Positions 25,177 to 38,983 of a DNA stretch of 64,000 nucleotides are shown here, in pieces. The position numbers were made by a program, and so were the translations under genes. Positions within the stretch are counted from its first letter, which is position 1. Every line of letters starts with the position of its first letter. The stretch comes from Octopus sinensis. Lineage: Eukaryota. The stretch is taken from assembly GCF_006345805.1 (NCBI RefSeq), contig NC_042998.1:20150001-20214000 (forward strand). Direction: 5' to 3'. The notes below the pieces were generated by a model. It saw nothing but the letters and a program-made list of their open reading frames with translations, made no database searches and was not told the DNA's origin.

Positions 25177-25437
25177 ATATATATATACATTACTAACATG
25201 GAAAGTAATGCGCTTACATTCTTATTTCACCCACAGCAAGGCTTTCAAATATTCAAACTTACTTCATTTCTTCCGTCGTACGTTGTGTTGTGCAATATAT
25301 ATATATATATATATATATATGCGTGTGCGTCTGTGTGTGTTCGCGCGCGCGTGTGTGTGATGTGTGTATAATTAAATATATATATATATATATTAAAGTA
25401 ACATATATATATGTATACATACACATATACATGCATG

Positions 25438-25470
<33 letters not shown>

Positions 25471-25879
25471 AAGTAACATATATATATGTATACATACACA
25501 TATACATGCACGCATATATATATATTATATATGTGTGCATAGATATACATATCACAGATTAAACGAAAACCATGTGTGTGTATCTTTGTATTCATCTATG
25601 CATTTCCGGTTGCAGTCGGTAATAGCCCCAAAGAAAGGAAGCTATAAGTTCTACACAATGCCATTTTCTTCTGCAATAAATGCAGGGTGTCGTGTCTAAA
25701 TAGCAAATCAATATAATAGAGTTCCTGGGAGTGAAGAAGAAATGGTAAACAAGTGGCATGGAGCTATCGTGAGAAAACGAAGATTCTGCATCATTCGACT
25801 ACGACAATGGGTGTGGTGTATGTTGCCCACGAGTATCATATATAAGAAGAGCCCGCACACCAATTACAATCCAAGACCT

Positions 25880-26284
25880 TACGAGGAGGAGGAGGAGGAG
25901 AAGGAGGAGAAGAAGAAGAAGAAGAAGAAAAGAAAGAAAGAAAGAAAGAAGAAGAAGAAGAAGAAGAAGGAGGAGGAGGAGGAGGAGAGAGATGACAAGA
26001 AGAAGAAAAAGAACAACAATAATGATGACTACAACGATAAGGAAAAGGATGGCAAAAAGAAGAAGAGGAAGAGGAAGGAGGGGAAGAAGAAGAAGGGTGA
26101 GGAGGAGGAGGAGGAGGAAGAGGGGACGACAAGAAGAAAAAGAACAACAAGAACAACGATGACCACGACGACGAGGAGAATTCTGCAAAGGAAGAATAAG
26201 AATAAGAAAGAAAAGAAGAAGAAGAAGAAGTAAAATACGAAGAAAAAAAGAAGAAGAAGAAGGAAGAAAGAAAGCAAAGAAGAA

Positions 26285-26315
<31 letters not shown>

Positions 26316-26500
26316 AAGAAGAAGAAGAAAAAGAAGAAGAAGGTCGAGGAGAAGGGGACGAGAAGAAGAATAAAAAGAACAACAACGATGACAACGACGA
26401 CGCGGAGAAGGATGGCACGAAGAAGAAGAAGAAGAAGACAAAGAAGAAAAAGAAGTAAAAGACTGTGAAGAAGAAGAAGAATATGAACACCAACAACAAT
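25880..26500. repeat. purine-rich (GAA/GAG/AAC) trinucleotide mosaic
   Basis: Direct reading. Confidence 0.9.
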
Positions 26501-27250
26501 AACAAAGTTGTTTTTGCATATATAAACAACATATCCTATGAATATTTCTCATGCATTTGCCTCACCAGAATTAAATACTTTACAGGTATAAGCAAACAGT
26601 TTTGAAATAATTGAAATGTTGAATAAATATACCAATGTTGTGTTTGGTTTTTGATGTTATTTCGCCGTAGCTCAACCCGATTTTATAGACCCATGATCAA
26701 AGGCAGTTTAGATTTGATACTGTTGGATATTTTGTTTTCTTTCTCAGGCACAGTGTATCTAGAACTACGTTGTTTTGTGTGGTACGATGTGAGGAAAATT
26801 TTAGTTGCTAACGCTGGTTGGTTCTGCCACCAAATGCTGCTATCGCAAAACAATGCTGTTTAAAAATATTGCTGCTTAGGAGTTATAATTCAAAGCATTC
26901 TCAACATGAACTTCCCGTCTATTTTAACCTTTATATAATTAGAATAATCTTGAACTAAATGTTCGTCAATGCGTAGATGGGATTGAACGAGATTAAGCTT
27001 TTTTTTTTTTGCATCATCTATTTAACGGTTTGCCTTTCATTGTTCATAAATTCAGTTGCTTTTGATCTGTTATTATCTTCAGCAGAAGCAGCAACTTATG
27101 TTCTTGCGAATGAAATGCATTTTCTAGCAACATAATATTGTCCCATTTTTAACCTCTTATTAGGCTCTTCGATTCACATCACTTCATCGCAGAGAGTATC
27201 ATTGAGAACCTGACATACCGAATGCCTTTTACCTATGTGTTTAAATGTAA

Positions 27251-27331
<81 letters not shown>

Positions 27332-27349
27332 TGTGTGTGTGTGTGTCTT

Positions 27350-27781
27350 TTTACTCTCTTTTACTTGTTTCAGTCATTTGAATGTGGCCATGCTGGAGGA
27401 CCACCTTTACTCGAGCAAACTAACCCCAGGACTTATTCTTTGTTAGCTTAGTACTTAGCGCTGTTCGACCAAAAAAGGCTTATGGAATAAGTTATGGGGA
27501 ATGTAAACACATCACCATCGGTGTCAAGCGATGTTGGGGGAAAAACAACAGAGACACAAACACACAGACACATATTTATATATATATATATATACTATAT
27601 ATATATATACCATATATACGACGGGCTTCTTTCAGTTTCCGTCTACCAAATGCACTGTCATGACTTTGGTCGGCTTGAGGCTATAGTTGAAGACACTTGC
27701 CCAAGGTGCCACGCAGTGGGACCGAACCCGGAGCTATGTGGTTGGCAAGCAAGCTACTTACCACACAGTCACTCCTACGCC

Positions 27782-27782
<1 letters not shown>
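27350..27782 (-). mobile_element. tRNA-derived SINE family B (CORE-like centre, internal microsatellite)
   Basis: Head GGAGTGACTGTGTGGTAAGTAGC, ACCTTGGGCAAGTGTCTT and tail GACTGAAACAAGTAAAAGAGT. Confidence 0.85.
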
Positions 27783-27814
<32 letters not shown>

Positions 27815-29080
27815 TATATAGGGAGAGTTTACGAAAAAAACAAAAGACGAAGACAGGTGGTGTACAAAAGATGTACATACATGTGTATGTGTTTGTGTGT
27901 GTGTGAATGAATTACGGAAACTGTTTACGGTAATTGTAAGCTTTGATCATAATTGGGACATGCTATGGTCTGTTAATACCCCCCTGGCGGAATCTTGCAT
28001 AGGCTGTCCTAACATTTGATATTAGAATTACTACACGAATTTTGATTCGAACTTCACTAGCAACTACGTGTTCCTTACTCTATTCTAACCTTGCTTGTGT
28101 GTGCACCATGTCACGTGACCTTGCATTTCAGCACAATATGTGAACATCTACTATTCATTATCCCTTCGCCTTGTTTGTGTGCACATTAATTCAATTGTCT
28201 GGAATCATGCTACGAACTTTATTATATGTATGCTTTTTTGTTCCTTAGCTTTTGCCTTCGCACAACAACACAGAGAGAGAGTTCGACCCCTTGTAGTGTA
28301 ATCTGTTCCGCTTATTGTCGATTTAGGCCGCATTTGTAGATCCACTGAATTCAGGAGTATCTGGAACCATCTAGTTACGAAACATTACCATATAATCAAA
28401 CAGCTGAGAGTATACATGCATACATAGAAATACGCCCACACGGCCCACGTATGTGCATATGTGTATGTATAACCAATAACCTTTAATGTACGCAATAAAT
28501 ATATTCATATATATACATATATGCAAGTGCGTGCGTGTATGTGTGTGCATGTGCGTTCGTGCGTGTGTGTGTGAGTTTATATGTTTTCGTGTGTATATGT
28601 GAGTTTCTGAGTGGAAACATGTAATTTTGAAATAGTGGGTTTGGGTATTTTTTAATCAATTTGAAGAGATTATATTCTTAGATTATTAATCTTGAGATGG
28701 ACAAAGAAAACTAAATTAAAAACAAACTCGATAAATCTTATTGCAGACAATACTTTTGAAAATTGCTTTTCAAAATGAAGAGCGATTTTGAAATGCAGCG
28801 TACTTCAATAATTTAAAAAAAATAAATAAACACTCTTCACGTATAGATACGAGTGATTGTCTATGCTTGCGTGTATTAGTTTGTGGGGGTGTATGTATGT
28901 GTGTGCGTATGCATTTGTGCACAACAATGTATATATACATATATCTATATGTATTATATATAAATATAATCACCATACACACGCGCGCGCACATATAATA
29001 TTCAGCTAGCATACATTATATATATATATATTATATGTGTGTGTGGTGTGTGTGTATATATGTATATATATATATATATG

Positions 29081-29163
<83 letters not shown>

Positions 29164-29179
29164 TATTCAGCTAGTATAC

Positions 29180-29215
<36 letters not shown>

Positions 29216-29217
29216 TA

Positions 29218-29682
29218 TACTAGCTGAATAGCCCGTCGTTGCCAGGCAATTTTTACAATAGAATGTCTTATACTGTGACATGGAATAAACAAAAAATGAT
29301 ATACCTTCCCCGACAGGTAGGCCTCTTGATCAGGACAGATTTGTGCAATTTTTCACCAAAACTTCGTAGAGGATTTTTTCCTTTTTTAAATTAAACAGAA
29401 ATTCTTCCTTCTAATTATTTTGCTTTCATTTCGTGATAGACAGCTATAATGCAGAAAATGTCTGCTATTATGCAGAGAATGCCAGCTTCAAATCTTGTTT
29501 TCTGATTAAGTAAAATTGATTAAACTTTAAAGCTCGGTAACATTTTTCTGGAATAACAAAAGTAACAAAATCGGATTTAACTTGCAAAATTATTTCAACA
29601 TACCAAATTTGGAAATTTTGACGTAATTGTAAAATCTCACAGACAGTTATAGGACGTTACATACTTAGAAGTAATATATATA
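29218..29682 (-). mobile_element. non-autonomous Helitron-like element
   Basis: Minus-strand 3' end GCCTG-GCAACGA-CGGGC hairpin followed by TATTCAG-CTAG|T. Confidence 0.65.
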
Positions 29683-29689
29683 TAAATTA

Positions 29690-30115
29690 TTTATTTATTT
29701 GTATACCCAGGCCTATTCCCCATTCGTTTAGGAGGGGTAGCCACAACAAGACACACATCAGGCATTCTATTCATTTCCCAGCTCAAAGAGGCGATCCCAG
29801 TTCTATGCTCGGGTGAAGGCATAGAAAGCAATCTCTGGTTTAGCCCCGCCGCATCATGCTGGTTCCGTACCCCTTTGTGGACGGATGAGTGAATTTGATG
29901 TTGCTCAAACACACTCCAAATTTTCCTATCATTTATAAACTCCCTTGCCTCTCTTACTCCAACATCTCTAACCCGCAAATCTTTCCTCACTCCATCCATC
30001 CACAGAAATCGAGGTCTGCCTCTGGTTCTGCTGCCTACCACTTCTGTTTTCAACACCCTCCTTACCATCCGCTTCTCATCCAACCTTTTTATGTGGCCAA
30101 ACCACCTCAACATTA
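29690..30115 (-). mobile_element. RTE-clade LINE 3' fragment
   Basis: LRWFGHIKRL...RGRPRFLWMDGVRKDL..DRKIW, with a (TAAA)n tail. Confidence 0.85.
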
Positions 30116-30644
30116 GTCTATTTTGATTGTCAGTTTTGAAAATCCGTTCAGCCGTTTTGAAGTAATTTTGCCAAAAACACAGACACACAAAGACGCGTAA
30201 TTACTACACCCTGCTTTTGGTTGTGCGCGCAGGGTAAAAAATGCTTCATTAAATAAACAACTTTCATAACCAAATAACGACCACTTCTAAATTACCTGTG
30301 GAAGAAAAAATGGAGACAACTACTACCATTCCTACAGCAACTTTTACGGTGTAGCTTTCTATCTATTACTTGATGGAAAGCTACACTGGCTTCATTACTA
30401 CTGTCAAGAATGTCAAGAACAAAAAGAGAAAGAACAGTGTTGAAATGGTGTTGTGCTAAATGAGCTCTTAATCACTCTTAATGTTTTAAAATGTATTGAT
30501 GACTAAATAACATAGTTTTTCTTTCTTAAAGACGACAGAATGTTATTTGGGGTGATTTGTGTGTTGTTTCTAGCATGTTGTGTGAGCTGGTAGAGAGTAT
30601 CTTGTTGGTGAGTTACTCGATTCTGAATTGATATAGCTATATAT

Positions 30645-30856
30645 ATTTCTTTATTACCCACAAGGGGCTAAACACAGAGGGGACAAACAAGGACAGACAT
30701 CGACCCCAGTGCGTAACTGGTACTTTATTTATCGACCCCGAAAGGATGAAAGGCAAAGTCGAACTCGGCAGAATTTGAACTCAGAACGTAGCGGCAGACG
30801 AAATACCGCTAAGCATTTCACCCGGCGCGCTAACGTTTCTGCCAGCTCGCCGTCTT
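30645..30856 (-). mobile_element. SINE family A monomer (internal deletion)
   Basis: Head and tail present; the flank TAGCTATATAT is duplicated and then tandemly amplified at 30857-30920. Confidence 0.85.
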
Positions 30857-32604
30857 AGCTATATATTGATATAGCTATATATATATTGATATAGCTATAT
30901 ATATATTGATATAGCTATATGTTGTGAGAAGCAATACTGGATCGTCTACACTAGATACAATGAAATTACTGTAATGATTCGAACTCACTGCCCAATCACC
31001 GTCTTTTCTATTTCACCAATGTATTTTTACAACATTAAACCCATTAAATTTCTTCAATTCACACCTTTATATCGGAATGACATTGAATTTCAGCAAAAAT
31101 ATTTTACTTCTCTTTTCAGATTATCTGCTCTATTCAACACTCAGCTAATTTGAAATTCATTGTTTCCTCCATTTTCTAATTCTAGCTTTCTATTTCTTTA
31201 AAAGATTATTTATGACTGTTTATCAATTCGTATATTTATTCAAAAAATGTAATATTGTGATAACCACCAAAACCACCACAAATGCCACTACCATTATCAC
31301 AAATAACCAAAAACTTGAAGAAAAACTAATAATACTTAGTCTGAGCTCGAGATGTCATTTTAACAGGTCACTATTCAAACACAAATGAATTTACTTTTGA
31401 CCTTTTCTTTACATTTTGTATTTTTGCTTCAATATATTTTATTAGATGCGTGTTTTAAACAAATCTGTTATATGTTATTTTTTTCTGAAATAGGCTTGCC
31501 AAAAATATCGTCAACATTCTTCAGACTTTAATGAGAAATGAAAGAATAGAAAAAAATTTTCAATTAGAAGAAAATATAACAGTAAACAAAAGCCATTCGT
31601 TCATTTCAATATGTCTTTCTCGTTGTATTTCTATCATCTTGTTTGAACAATTGATTCTGAACAACGAGAAAAATACTTATTAATATTCCAATGCCTGTTT
31701 ACCAAGGTGGGGAAAACACATTGTTCCTGGAACCGTTGCAGACAAATTATTATAGCAACTTAGATATGCATTTTGGAACAATCACTTAGAATATGATGAT
31801 GATTATATTAATCTATCCATGCCACCGACTAACAGCGGGGCTTTTCGTCTACTTTTTGTTTTATTTTTCTATTTGTTTATGTTTTGCATTGCTCAAAACC
31901 GTTTTTGTCGCCAGCCAGGTTGTCTTTTGTAGAGTTCTTTTTTCTGCAGTTTTTCAGCTGAATAAGCAGTAACAAATTCGTTTACAGATGTTTCCTAAAC
32001 ATGTGCAACTGAAAACGAATGATATCTTACCGCAAAAAGAGAAGATAGAACGGATGCTCATGCTCCTTGTGCCGCAAAAGAGCCTCGATTTTTCGGTGCC
32101 CTAATTCATCTTCTCCTGGAGTTAGTGACACTGGGGACTAAATGATTTTATTTATCCCTACTTCATTGCGAACGATTTCAGTCGCTGCGACCTGTAATGC
32201 TGTGAAAAATTTATTCCTCACAGAAACTAGCTGGTGTCTGCCGTTGTCTGTACCCTTGGAATAGTTTATTACACTTGTCTCTTATCAAAAGAAAGCTTTC
32301 AAGTAACCTTTACATAATACCTCATTTTCAGCCGCTGGGTCTTCGACATATAGCACTACCACTCTCGTTAAACTCCCCCCCCCCTTTACTTCGAAGGATT
32401 ATAAACTTCTGGATAGACGTATTGTTATTGGGGCTCATCAGTGGCTGGGCATTCATGCAGAATCTATCAACCATATGTGATAGCGGTAAACTTCTGCGCT
32501 CGTTACATTGCTGATGACGAAACTCCAAGAGTCGACACCTGTCCAATTACTTCTGGATCTGATCCTCATATTCCTGAGGTTCATACACCGCGATATCAAT
32601 CATA

Positions 32605-32838
32605 TTTATTTCTTTATTGCCCACAGGGGGCTAAACATAGAGGGGACAAAGAAGGACAGACAAAGGGATTAAGTCGATTATATCGACTCCAGAGCGTAAC
32701 TGGTACTTATTTAATCGACCCCGAAAGGATGAAAGGCAAAGTCGACCTCGGCGGAATCTGAACTCAGAACGTAGCGGCAGGCGAAATACCGCTAAGCATT
32801 TCACCCGACGTGCTAACGTTTCTGCCAACTCGCCGCCC
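32605..32838 (-). mobile_element. SINE family A monomer
   Basis: Full length. Confidence 0.9.
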
Positions 32839-32859
32839 TCAATCATATTAGTGAGCGTA

Positions 32860-33075
32860 AGACGGTGAGCTGGCAGAATCGTCAGGACGCTGGATGAAAT
32901 GCTCAGCGCAATTCGTCCGTTCTTACGTTCTGAGTTCAAATTCTGCCGAGGTTGTATTTGACTTTTATCCTTTCGGGGTCGATAAAATAAGTACCAGTCA
33001 CGTACTGCGGTCGATGAAAAAATCACTCCTTACCCCCCGAAATATATGGCCTTGTGCCAAAATTTGAAACCGGTA
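32860..33075 (+). mobile_element. family-A-head SINE (tail type B)
   Basis: GAGCTGGCAGAATCG head, GAGTTCAAATT and the end CCAAAATTTGAAACC. Confidence 0.8.
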
Positions 33076-34267
33076 CACTGTGAGCGTGAAGCGGCCTAAC
33101 GTTTCCACTGACTTAGATCTTTTGTCTAAAAACCCAAGCAAAAATCTTCAAGGTTTCCCTCTCTCAAAGAATTACTCATTTTGCCCCACATCTTAGCTTC
33201 TTTTTTAAGCTTCTGAAAATCGCCATTTACGTTGAAAAGCAGGGTTTAATACCTCCAGTCGACTCCCTTTCTTTGTTAAATTCCTCCTACAAGGTGACAC
33301 TGTTGATACCGTCTTTCTTGATGGACCTTCTCCTTTGCCTTCGGTGGGTTCATATCTCATCAACCGCAACGTTTACAAAACTTCAAATGTTGTTACTGTT
33401 GTTTTTGTTGTTGTTGGTTGTGGTGGTACTGGTTCTGATGAAGGTGATGGTATAGTGTTGGTGGTGGACATAGTGGTGGTTCTGGCGGTGGCAATGGTGG
33501 TGATTTTGAAGGTTGTCCTGCTGCTACTGCTGGTGGTGGTAGTGGTGATGGTGGTTTGGTGGTGCAGATGACAGTTGTGATAGCGGTGGTTGTGGTAGTG
33601 GCAATGTCGGCGGTGGCGATATAGGTGGTGGTGGTGGTGGTAGCAGTGGTAGTGGTAGTGGTAATGAAAGTGATGGTCTTTTGGTGGTAGTGGAGGTGGC
33701 AGTGGTGGTGGCGGCTTTAGTGGTAGTGATAGTTATGGTGGTGGTGTTGGTGGTGTTGGTTTGGTATTGGTAATAATAGTGGTAGTGATGTTCATGGTTT
33801 GGTGGTGGTGGTGATGGTGATGTTGGTGATGGTGTAGTAATGGTGGTGTTCCTGGTGGTGGTGGTGGTCGTCGTGGTGGGGTTATTGACGGAAGTGCTGA
33901 CATTTTCGTTTCTTTCATACATATTGTACTGATTTTTTTTTACTCCATTCGAATTAATATTTCACTCACCTTTTTTGCATTTTCCATTGTAAGCGCTTTA
34001 ACTTGAATCTCGGCATATGTGTTTATGTTCTACGTTCACTACATTCTAGCCTGCCTTCGCGTTTGAAAACAATTGGAGGCGTCATGTTTTATGCTATTGG
34101 AATACGGAATATTTCTTGGTAAAATGAACCAAACCAGACACCATGTGTTTATATATTTGAACACAGCTGTTTTAAATACGGCTCTATTCTTGCAGTACAC
34201 GCTACACTTTATTGCGTCAAGTATTGTTGGAAATATCCATCTTGTTAAACTCGTACATTCACAGCCA

Positions 34268-34309
<42 letters not shown>

Positions 34310-34310
<1 letters not shown>

Positions 34311-34764
34311 TGGGATATGCCGATACACACAGATAGAGAAATTAAGGTCAACAGACCAGATATAGTTGTCAGAGATCATGAAGAAAAAAAATGCTTTCTA
34401 ATTGATGTATCAATACCGGCAGATGACAACGTGTCTCTAAAAGAAATGGAGAAACTCTCAAAATACAAAGACCTGGAAATAGAGGTAACTAGAATGTGGA
34501 ACCTGAAAACAGAAACAATTCCTATCATAGTAGGTGCATTAGGCATGATAAAAAAATATTCAGACAAATACATAACAAAAACACCAGGACTTACAAACAC
34601 ATATAACATACAGAAAATTGCACTACTAGGCACTGCACACATCCTACGCAGAACACTTTCCATACAATAACCATCAGAGCATCACAACAAATCACAGCAC
34701 ATACCTAAGGCACACAGAGCTGCGCTCGGTAGTGAAGTGAAAGCACGCTATAAAAATAAAACTA

Positions 34765-34768
<4 letters not shown>
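34310..34768 (+). mobile_element. 5'-truncated R4/Dong-clade element (REL endonuclease C-terminus plus 3' UTR) in (AAT)n
   Basis: WDMPIHTDREIKVNRPDIVVRD..LIDVSIP.D..EKLSKYKDL (PD-(D/E)xK REL domain), with AAT repeats on both sides. Confidence 0.9.
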
Positions 34769-34803
<35 letters not shown>

Positions 34804-35273
34804 CTTTTCTACTTTAGGCACTTTAGGCACTAGGCCTAGAGTAGAAAGTTGTCATTTAAATCGACCCCAGTACACAACTGGTATTTAATTCATCGACAAC
34901 GAAAGGATGAAAGGCAAATTAGGCTTCTCAAAACCAGAAAGGAGAAAGCTAATTCAAAGACTACGGATTCAAGCCATCACTGGAACTGTAAAATTTGTAA
35001 AACTCTCCATAAAATTATCATTTAAGTATATATATGAATGTGTCTAGACATACAACTATAAGCATAAAATACATACATAAAAACAAAACATACCAATCTG
35101 CACATATACATTAAAGAATTAAAGAATTCCTTTGACCCACTTCCGGTTATTGCAGGAAACAGAACTTATACATGTATAAGTATACATGTCTCTGCATGTC
35201 ACATGGTAAATTGCAGCTTTCCACTAGTGTTCGTTTGTCTTTTACGTCTGCTGAAGTGGACTAAGGTGTTATA

Positions 35274-36326
35274 ATGGAGGCAGTTGAATGCAGATCAGTG
35301 ATCAGGTTCTTATGCTTGAAGGGTCGTACACCAAAAGAGACTTTCGATGAAATGAAGAAAGTTTATGGTGACGGTGCACTATCATATGGCATAGTTTAGC
35401 ACTGGCATCGCCAGTTCAAATGTGGTCGGACATCGGTGAAAATTGCACCTATTCCTGGATGGACGATCACATTCCGCCGTAGATGACGACACCATCCATA
35501 AAGTGGAAGCTGCCATTTTAGAGGATCACTGCATAACTATTCAGCAACTAGCCCAAGAAGTGAAGATAAGTGAAGAGTTCTTGGGAAAAGTCATTCACAA
35601 CCATTTGCACATGCGGAGGTTGTCTGCACGATGGGCTCCCCATATGCACACACCTTTTCAGAAGCAGGAACGAGTCAATTGCTCCCAAGATCTTTTGGCA
35701 ATTTTCAAAGAAAGCGAAAACTTTTTCAGCAAATTTATCACACAGGTTGATATATGGGTCCATCACTATGATCCTGAGATTAAAGTCTAGTCGAAGCAAT
35801 GGAAGTATGACAACTCACCACCTTCAAAGAAGGCTCATGTCCAAACCTCAGCAGATAAGGTGATGCTCACAGTCTTTTGGGACCAATGAGAAGTAGTGAT
35901 GATGGATTTTCTGGCAAAGGGCACCACAATCAACGGAGCATATTATGCTTCGCTGCTGCAGAAATTACGAGACGCTATCAAAGCAGAGAGGCGTAGCATG
36001 CTGACCGAAGGAGTCCGCCTCCTCCAAGACAACACCCTAGTTCACAATGCGAATGTTGCCCAGATGAAAGCACACTGCTGCAGCTATGAAATCCTTCCTC
36101 ATCCCCCTTACTCTCCCGACCACGTCACATCTGACTTCCACCTCCTTCTAACCATGAAGGCTTTTTGAAGGGGAGGCACTTTTCCGATGATAACGAACTT
36201 ATTTCCGAGGTAAAGTCTTGGCTCCAGACGCAAGCAACCGACCTCTATAGACGAGGTCCTCACAGCTGCATAAGGCGATGGGAGAAGTGTGTCACCATTT
36301 GTGGTGGGTATATAGAGAACGACTAA
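35274..36326 (+). pseudogene. mariner-family (DD34D-type) transposase pseudogene
   Basis: MEAVECRSVIRFL.., W(A)PH, WVHHYDPE, LLQDN and HPPYSPD motifs, with several stops and frameshifts. TIRs were not identified. Confidence 0.92.
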
Positions 36327-36501
36327 TAATTATGACAAGTTTCGTCTTTGGAAAATAGTTATGGGGAAATCTTTAATGAACAACCCTTGTACATACATAC
36401 ATACACACATACAGACATATCCTGTTGATGTTGAAATTCATGAAGGAGCCTGGGATCTTTCTTTATTGGCAAGAAATCTTGAAATAATACTGAAAAATAA
36501 C

Positions 36502-36532
<31 letters not shown>

Positions 36533-36576
36533 ATGACATATCTCTCTATCTATGTATCTATCAATCTATCTATTTA

Positions 36577-36610
<34 letters not shown>

Positions 36611-36622
36611 ATATATATATAT

Positions 36623-36700
<78 letters not shown>

Positions 36701-36713
36701 TATATATATATAA

Positions 36714-36785
<72 letters not shown>

Positions 36786-37616
36786 ATATACGCGTGTTAA
36801 TCATATTGAATTATCAGTGGTGTGGAAATTCAAAATGACTTTATGCTTTATGCTTTCAAATTTCAATATAATATGAATGCTAACTTAATATAGCTGTGAA
36901 AATAGAATATTAAATCTTTTGTTTTCCTTTTTCTTTATATCTGTTTCTTTAAAATATAGCACATTTCCTTGATTGCATTGCACAGCAAGTTTTGTGTGTT
37001 ATATTTAATGAGAGGATTGTGTCAACAATTATTTCTATTCTGCGTCTTTGGCTTTGCTTACATGTTTTTAAGATAACATTTCGTTCTGTCGACTCCGGTC
37101 ATGCAAAACATCAAGTCAAAGTGTTTCTAGAAAACCCATATAGATCCCAGTATATATGTTCTGTTTCTAATTTTATTGATGTATTATTCATCGAATCAGT
37201 TATGCTTTTTGCACAACACCAGTAAGCACAAACACAATCATGAACACATATGCATTCATAGCATCCATCCATACATGCATACATATATAGGTACGTACGC
37301 ACGTACATACATAGATAAACTTTTCCAGAATATTATCAGCTAAGTATATATGAGTATGCCTAGATATGCAAGTATATGCATGAAAAGACAAACACAAAAC
37401 AAAACAAAACATACAAACTGCACGTATACATGCATACATAAATACCTTGTTGCTAAGGTTAAAATTCTAGTGAAGGAATCTAGGTTGTATCTAGGTTAGA
37501 AACCATATCTTTTTCTATTGAGAGAAATCTTGAAATAAAACTGAAGGATTACATATATACAGACATACATTCATTCACACATACATACAGACATACATAC
37601 ATACATATGCATACAA

Positions 37617-37848
37617 GGCGGCGAGCTGACAGAAACGTTAGCACGCCGGGCGAAATGTGTAGCCGTATTTCGTCTGCCGCTACGTTATGAGTTCAAATTC
37701 CGCCGAGGTCGACTTTGCCTTTCATCCTTTCGGGGTCGATTAAATAAGTACCAGTTACGCACTTGGGTTGATGTAATTGACTTAATCCCTTTGTCTGTCC
37801 TTGTTTGTCCCCTCTATGTTTAGCCCCCTGTGGGCAATAAAGAAATAG
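37617..37848 (+). mobile_element. SINE family A monomer
   Basis: Full length; TSD ATATGCATACA (37605-37615 / 37851-37861). Confidence 0.9.
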
Positions 37849-38033
37849 ATATATGCATACATACACACATGCATGCATGCATACATGAATACATCATACA
37901 TAGAAATAAAAATGTATATAAATGTAGGCGTAACGAGTGTATTTACGTGTAAGGTTGCGAATACCAATAAACAAAAGTAAGGTTGTGAAAGTTAATCTTT
38001 ACAGCTGTTTCGGATGAACAATGAACGGTACAT

Positions 38034-38080
<47 letters not shown>

Positions 38081-38181
38081 CGTATGAAATAAAAACTGTC
38101 ACCACTTACCATTTCTTAGTTGCAAATTTAGTCTTAGTTTAGTTTGTTGGTCCTTTTATGCATTCCGTATATCAACACGTG

Positions 38182-38505
38182 AAGGCACGAAGCTTAGTGG
38201 TTAGGGCATTCGGTTCACGATCGTAAGGTCGTGAGTTCAATTCCCGGCGACGCGTTGTGTCCTTGAGCAAGACACTCTATTTCTCGTTGCTCAAGTCCAC
38301 TCAGCTGGCAAAAGTGAGTAGTAACTGTATTTCAAAAAGGGCCAGCCTTGTCACATTCTGTGTCACCCTGAAGTTCCCAGTGAACTACGTTGAGTGTACG
38401 CGTGCCTGTGGAGTACTCAGCCACTTGCACATTGATTTCACGAGCAAACTGTTCCGTTGATCGGATCAGTTGGAAACCTCGTCGTCGTAACCGACGGAAT
38501 GCCAG
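38182..38505 (+). mobile_element. tRNA-derived SINE family C (older copy)
   Basis: GCTTAGTGGTTAGGGCATTCGG head, GAGTTCAATTCCC B box and end CTCGTCGTCGTAACCGACGGA. Confidence 0.85.
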
Positions 38506-38884
38506 AATATTAACATTTCACTAATCCCTTTGTATTCTGTTTCTACTACAGACATTTGATTCTATGGAACCAGAAACAAACAATTGCCGGCATGTCTAAC
38601 GATCATTGCTCGTTGCGTTTTCAAAAGCATTCAAACCCTTCTTATCAAACACCTCTACACCCTCAAACATGGAATGACTTATTGGATGATGTAGCATATT
38701 ACGGTCTACGTCTAAAATTAGGGTGATGGTTAGGCTGGAATATTAATTCAGGGATTTAGTTAATCAGATAACTGAGATGATTAATCAATAATGCCCATAA
38801 CAAAGGATTAGCTTAAGCAAATTAGTTTGAATAATTACATTACGCACTGCACTGATCATTAATTTTCAATTAATCCTGTTATGA

Positions 38885-38957
<73 letters not shown>

Positions 38958-38983
38958 TTATTATTATTATTATTATTATTATT

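Noticed and set aside
27937-28392. Possible solo LTR (TG...CA)
   Set aside because: No matching TSD, no PBS or PPT, and no second copy in the window.
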